A DNA stretch of 64,000 nt. Source: an uncultured delta proteobacterium (GTDB lineage Bacteria > Desulfobacterota > Desulfomonilia > UBA1062). How positions within the stretch are numbered: the stretch's first letter is position 1; every line of letters begins with the position of its first letter. The stretch is from the NCBI GenBank assembly GCA_963752595.1, contig CAVVYZ010000017.1, positions 256,001-320,000 on the forward strand, in the 5' to 3' direction. The notes beneath the pieces were generated by a model. That model was not told where the DNA came from. It did no database searches and saw nothing but the letters and a program-made list of their open reading frames with translations. The position numbers and the translations under genes are program-made. Positions 59,912-64,000 of the stretch are shown piece by piece.

Positions 59912-62605
59912 TCAGGCAAGCTTCAAAGACAGGGTAAACATGTTTCCGCTTTTTTCAACGATCTTGAAAGCGCAGCGCTTCAGGACCTTTATCATGGCAT
60001 GATTTTCCTGCATGGTCTCGGAGACCACGCTTTGAATTCCCCAATGCCTGGCCAGTCCGACACTCATGTCGGAGAGCAGGTGGCCGAGGGTCTTTCTCTG
60101 CCACAGGTCGGAAACGATAACCGCGAACTCCGCTTCGTTGTTCCGGGACAGCCTGATGAGGCGGGCGATCCCGATGAGCTTGCGGCGACCGTTTTCAACC
60201 AGTTCCGCTGCGATGGCGACCTCTTCTTCGGGATTCAGGTCACAGAATTTCTGCGCCTTTTCAGGAGTGGCGCTGAAAGGCGCCAGAAAACGCATCCAGA
60301 GAGCGTCCGAAGAGCACCCGTTTACGAAATCGGTCCACAGGTCCGTATCGTGCACCTTCAGAAGGCGGAACCTGACGTGATTTCCGTCCAGTTTGAAGGT
60401 GCTGCCTTCCAGACAGCCTTCCAGATTTTTCAAGAGGGTTTTTCTCCGGCGCAACTCATAACGGTACATCTCGCCCATCACTTCTGCAGCCATTTCCGCT
60501 GTGGAATAGACCGGTATTCCCGCCTGTTCCATCCTGATGACGTTGTCGATCATGAACTCCTTGCAGGCAACACAGCAGAGAACCGGTTTGCCGTGATAGT
60601 CGATACCTTTCATGGCATCGATGAACGAGGCCAGCTTTTCACCCTGGACAATGATGATGAGCCCGTGGACATCGTTGCTCAGGATGCCGATCTCTATGAT
60701 CTGCTTCAGCTGCTCGGGCGAAAGGGAGAACGAGCAGTCGACGGGATTCATGACATTGAGATATCCGGGTAGGATTTCTGCAAGCTTTTCTTTGATCTGC
60801 GGTTCGAGCGTACTGAGCCTCAGGTTGTTGAGGTAGATCATGTCGGTGGCGGCAACCCCCAGCGAACCTGTATAGGTGACGACCAGGACGCCGGGACCTT
60901 TCGGCAGAGGCTGTTTGGAGAATCCCCTCATGAGGGCGAACAGGTGTTCGTTGTCCCGTGCCCTGATGACACCGCTCTGCCTGAAGACCGCGCTGTTGAT
61001 TTCATCGTCTCCCGCCAGGGATGCCGTGTGTGACGAGACGGCCTGCTTGCCGGCATCGGTCCGGCCTGTCTTCAGGACGATAACCGGTTTCTGCCGGGAG
61101 ATCCTGCCCGCAACCTCCACAAACCGTTTACCGCTCGTTACATCCTCCATGTACATGGCAATGACATCGATGTGCTCGTCATCCCCAAGGTATTCCAGGA
61201 TATCCGTTTCGCTGATGTCCATCTTGTTGCCGATGGTGGCCACGATCCCGAAATCGAGGACATTGCGCAGTCCCGCCAGTATGCCGGCCGCGTATACGCC
61301 TGCCTGTGCGATAAGCGCCACGTTCCCCTTCCTCAGCGAATCGATGATGCCGATGGACTGCACCATGTTGTGATGGGTATTGATGACTCCCGAGCAGTTC
61401 GGCCCGAGCAGCCGGCTTCCTTTCCTGCCGATGATTTCCCTGATGCGCGCCTGCGCCTTTTTCCCGGCTTCCCCTGTCTCTGCGAACCCGGCTGTCTCCA
61501 CGATCAGGCTCTTGATTCCCTTTGCGCAGCAGTCTTCGATCGCCTGTGGGACAGCCTCTGCAGGAACAATGATGATGGCGGTATCCACCGGTTCTTTTAC
61601 TTCGAGGATCGATTTTCGGGCCCTGATCCCCATGATGGCATCCTTGTTCGGATTGATGGGGTAGAGACTGCCGTTATAACCGTGGGCGATCAGATTATGG
61701 AATACGTTGTATCCAAGCTTGCCCGGCGAATCCGTGGCGCCCAGGACAGCGATGCTCCTGGGGTAGAACAGATTGCGGAGATCATGTTTCAGGAAAGGCC
61801 TTTTCGACCGGTTTTCAGGGATGAAATCATCGACGAATATGCGTGCGTCCGCTGCCGTATAACCCTCGGGGTAGAGAAACACCGGATTCAGGTCCAGCTC
61901 CCTGATCTGCGGATGCCCGGCGAGCAGGTCCGATACTTTGAGCAGCAGCCGTTTCAGCGCCTCGATATCCGCTGCATGCCCCCGGTATCCCTTCAGCAGG
62001 GATCTTCCTTTTATCTCTTCGATCATATCGGCTGCATCTTCTTCATGAATGGGAAGGACCCTGAACGTGACGTCCTTCAGGACCTCCACGAAGATCCCGC
62101 CCAGACCGAACATGAGGATGGGGCCGAAGCTCGGGTCGCGCGTAACCCCGATGATCGCCTCAATGCCCGGATCCGCCATCTTCTGCACGGATACCCCGAT
62201 GACACGGCAGTGGGCGAAGGCTTCCATTATCTCCCGGAAGGCCTGCCGGACACCCTCTTCGTTCCGAACATCCAGCTTCACGCCTCCGCCTTCGGTTTTG
62301 TGGATGATTTCGGGGGATACGATCTTGAGGACCACCGGGTATCCTATGGTCCTGCTCGTTTCGACAGCCGAGTCTTCCGAGAAGACCACATGGCTGCCCG
62401 TCGTCTGTATGCCGATACTTTCGAGGATCTCCTTGCACTCGTGCTCCATCAGGCAGCTTCGCTCTTCATCGAGGGCCTTCCGGATGATCTTTCCGGTATC
62501 TGCAGGCAGAGGATGTTTGAAATCTCCGGGTAACAGATTGCCCGGGGCCTCTCCATGCAGCGAAACATATCCTTTCTTCCTGATCAGCATGCCGCCTTCG
62601 TTCAT
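59912..62605 (-). CDS. ADP-forming acyl-CoA synthetase (ATP-grasp then CoA-binding/ligase domains) fused to a Pat-type GNAT domain
   Basis: GYPVVLK, HKTEGGGV, FGLGG, LDLNP; PRSIAVLGA, LGPNCSG, SSHTASLAG; C-terminal MRF..AEFAVIVSDLWQ..ENHAM. Confidence 0.88.
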   Translation of the reverse strand: MNEGGMLIRKKGYVSLHGEAPGNLLPGDFKHPLPADTGKIIRKALDEERSCLMEHECKEILESIGIQTTGSHVVFSEDSAVETSRTIGYPVVLKIVSPEIIHKTEGGGVKLDVRNEEGVRQAFREIMEAFAHCRVIGVSVQKMADPGIEAIIGVTRDPSFGPILMFGLGGIFVEVLKDVTFRVLPIHEEDAADMIEEIKGRSLLKGYRGHAADIEALKRLLLKVSDLLAGHPQIRELDLNPVFLYPEGYTAADARIFVDDFIPENRSKRPFLKHDLRNLFYPRSIAVLGATDSPGKLGYNVFHNLIAHGYNGSLYPINPNKDAIMGIRARKSILEVKEPVDTAIIIVPAEAVPQAIEDCCAKGIKSLIVETAGFAETGEAGKKAQARIREIIGRKGSRLLGPNCSGVINTHHNMVQSIGIIDSLRKGNVALIAQAGVYAAGILAGLRNVLDFGIVATIGNKMDISETDILEYLGDDEHIDVIAMYMEDVTSGKRFVEVAGRISRQKPVIVLKTGRTDAGKQAVSSHTASLAGDDEINSAVFRQSGVIRARDNEHLFALMRGFSKQPLPKGPGVLVVTYTGSLGVAATDMIYLNNLRLSTLEPQIKEKLAEILPGYLNVMNPVDCSFSLSPEQLKQIIEIGILSNDVHGLIIIVQGEKLASFIDAMKGIDYHGKPVLCCVACKEFMIDNVIRMEQAGIPVYSTAEMAAEVMGEMYRYELRRRKTLLKNLEGCLEGSTFKLDGNHVRFRLLKVHDTDLWTDFVNGCSSDALWMRFLAPFSATPEKAQKFCDLNPEEEVAIAAELVENGRRKLIGIARLIRLSRNNEAEFAVIVSDLWQRKTLGHLLSDMSVGLARHWGIQSVVSETMQENHAMIKVLKRCAFKIVEKSGNMFTLSLKLA

Positions 62606-62805
62606 GTGACAGACCCCTTTCCATCTTCTGCAGCAAGGTTAGCTCTTTTATAAAATTGAATTAGAAAGACCTTAACACAGCGGAAAAGGAGCCCGATATC
62701 AGGCAAGCGCTCATTTTAGTGTCGGATGGATCATGGATGCGTGACGGACATTATCTGACAGGTTTCCGACCCGATCCTACCTCATCCGGGAGGAGAGGTG
62801 CGAGG

Positions 62806-63441
62806 TTACTGGGTCAGCAGGTTATTTTTCATGGCATAAAAGGTCAGCTCTGCATTTTTCTTCAGGCCCATCTTGTCCATAATGCGGGAACGGTAGGTAC
62901 TGACAGTCTTCACGCTCAGGCACAGCTCATCCCCGATCTCGCTCACCGATTTCCCTGATGCCAGCATGAGCATCACCTGGTATTCACGGTTCGAGAGCTT
63001 CTCGTGCCGCTGTTTGTCCGTTCTGTTGTCCAGCTCCCGGGCAAGTTTTTCCGCGAGCGATGCCGTTACATACTTTCCGCCCCTGGATACCTTCCGGATG
63101 GCGCCGATCAGTTCGTCGGATGCGCTGGCCTTGGTGAGGTATCCTGATGCCCCTGCCCGCAATGCCCGTACCGCGTACTGCTCTTCCGGATGCATGCTCA
63201 GGATGAGCACGGGGAGCCGCGGGTTCTGGTTGATGATGTCCTCGAGGATCTCGAGTCCGCTCCTGCCGGGCATGGAGATATCGAGCAGCACCACATCAAA
63301 GTTGCCCTGGTTTATTTTTTCAAGGGTTTCCTGTCCGTTTTCCGCCTCGTCTTCAACGATCATATCGTCCTGTCCGGACAGGATCTGTTTGACCCCCTCC
63401 CGTACCACGGTATGGTCGTCTGCCACCAGAATGCGTATCAT
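62806..63441 (-). CDS. NarL/LuxR-family response regulator
   Basis: ADDH, LLDISMPG, GYLTK, LSNRE, SVKTVSTYR. Confidence 0.95.
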   Translation of the reverse strand: MIRILVADDHTVVREGVKQILSGQDDMIVEDEAENGQETLEKINQGNFDVVLLDISMPGRSGLEILEDIINQNPRLPVLILSMHPEEQYAVRALRAGASGYLTKASASDELIGAIRKVSRGGKYVTASLAEKLARELDNRTDKQRHEKLSNREYQVMLMLASGKSVSEIGDELCLSVKTVSTYRSRIMDKMGLKKNAELTFYAMKNNLLTQ

Positions 63442-64000
63442 GCTCCGGCCTCCTCCCTGGAGATAGGGATCACCACGGTCACTGTTGTGCCGCGGTGGTG
63501 TTTTCCGGTTATCCGGAACGTGCCGTTCCAGATGGTTACCCGTTCGCGGATGCCGATGATTCCGAATGATCTGGGATCTTCGATCTGTTTGCGGGTAATT
63601 CCTTTCCCATTGTCGATGACCTCGAGCGAAAGCTCATTTTCTTCCTGGGTAAGGCGGACCCAGACTTCGCTGGCCCCGGAATGCCGGGCGATATTGGTGA
63701 GGGTCTCCTGAAAAATACGGAATACGGTGGTGGCCAGGTCTTTGTTTATGGAGCTGTCTCTGCAGTCCACGTACACCTCGCACCCGATGCCCGATCTGTT
63801 CTGAAACTCCCCGGCCTGCCATTCAATGGCGGCGGTGAGGCCGAGATCATCCAGCAGGATGGGCCTGAGTTCCGTGATGATCCGGTGGACACTGTCGATG
63901 GTGGCTGTCCGCCAGACGGGTCATCCGCCGTGTCTTTTCAGCCAGGTGTGCCGACCCGGCAGGCAGCTGGTTGCCAAGCCAGGCTATATCCATCTGAAGG
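63438..64000 (-). CDS. HisKA_3-type sensor kinase, C-terminal part (runs off window end; indel near 63910)
   Basis: ELRPILLDDLGL, FRIFQETLTNIARHS, DNGKGI, FGIIGIRER, GTTV. Confidence 0.88.

Overview
Chromosomal window of an anaerobic deltaproteobacterium (Desulfobacterota-like, inferred from gene content). Mostly housekeeping genes: purB-pyrE-tsaD-rsmA, thiolase, xerC-hslVU, degQ-dtd, arsR-trxB-trxA, an LpoB-type lipoprotein cluster, ilvE, queE-queC-queF, apgM-ddl, glpABC-tkt, tatA, kdsA-kdsC-lptCAB-rpoN-hpf-ptsN, thiME, acs. Several stretches (about 3.2-8.8, 37.4, 41-42, 57.7-59.1 and 63.9 kb) carry clustered small indels in conserved genes, most likely assembly errors. Most notable: (1) three tandem c-di-GMP-I (GEMM-I)-type riboswitch aptamers (23.95-24.22 kb) upstream of a secreted DUF6160/FilA-like gene, next to a cyclase-NTPase-TPR gene and a comM 3' remnant; (2) a module outside any atp operon in which a sensor kinase and NtrC-type regulator are flanked by two sigma54 promoters with a similar upstream palindrome, driving a lone ATP synthase c subunit plus a Cache-only protein on one side and a small membrane protein plus an AtpZ/AtpI-family gene on the other; (3) a fully delimited IS1634-like element with a 6-bp target duplication on the tatA stop codon; (4) a beta-alpha-GNAT acyl-CoA synthetase fusion facing acs. 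All family calls come from motif recognition by eye; no database searches were run.
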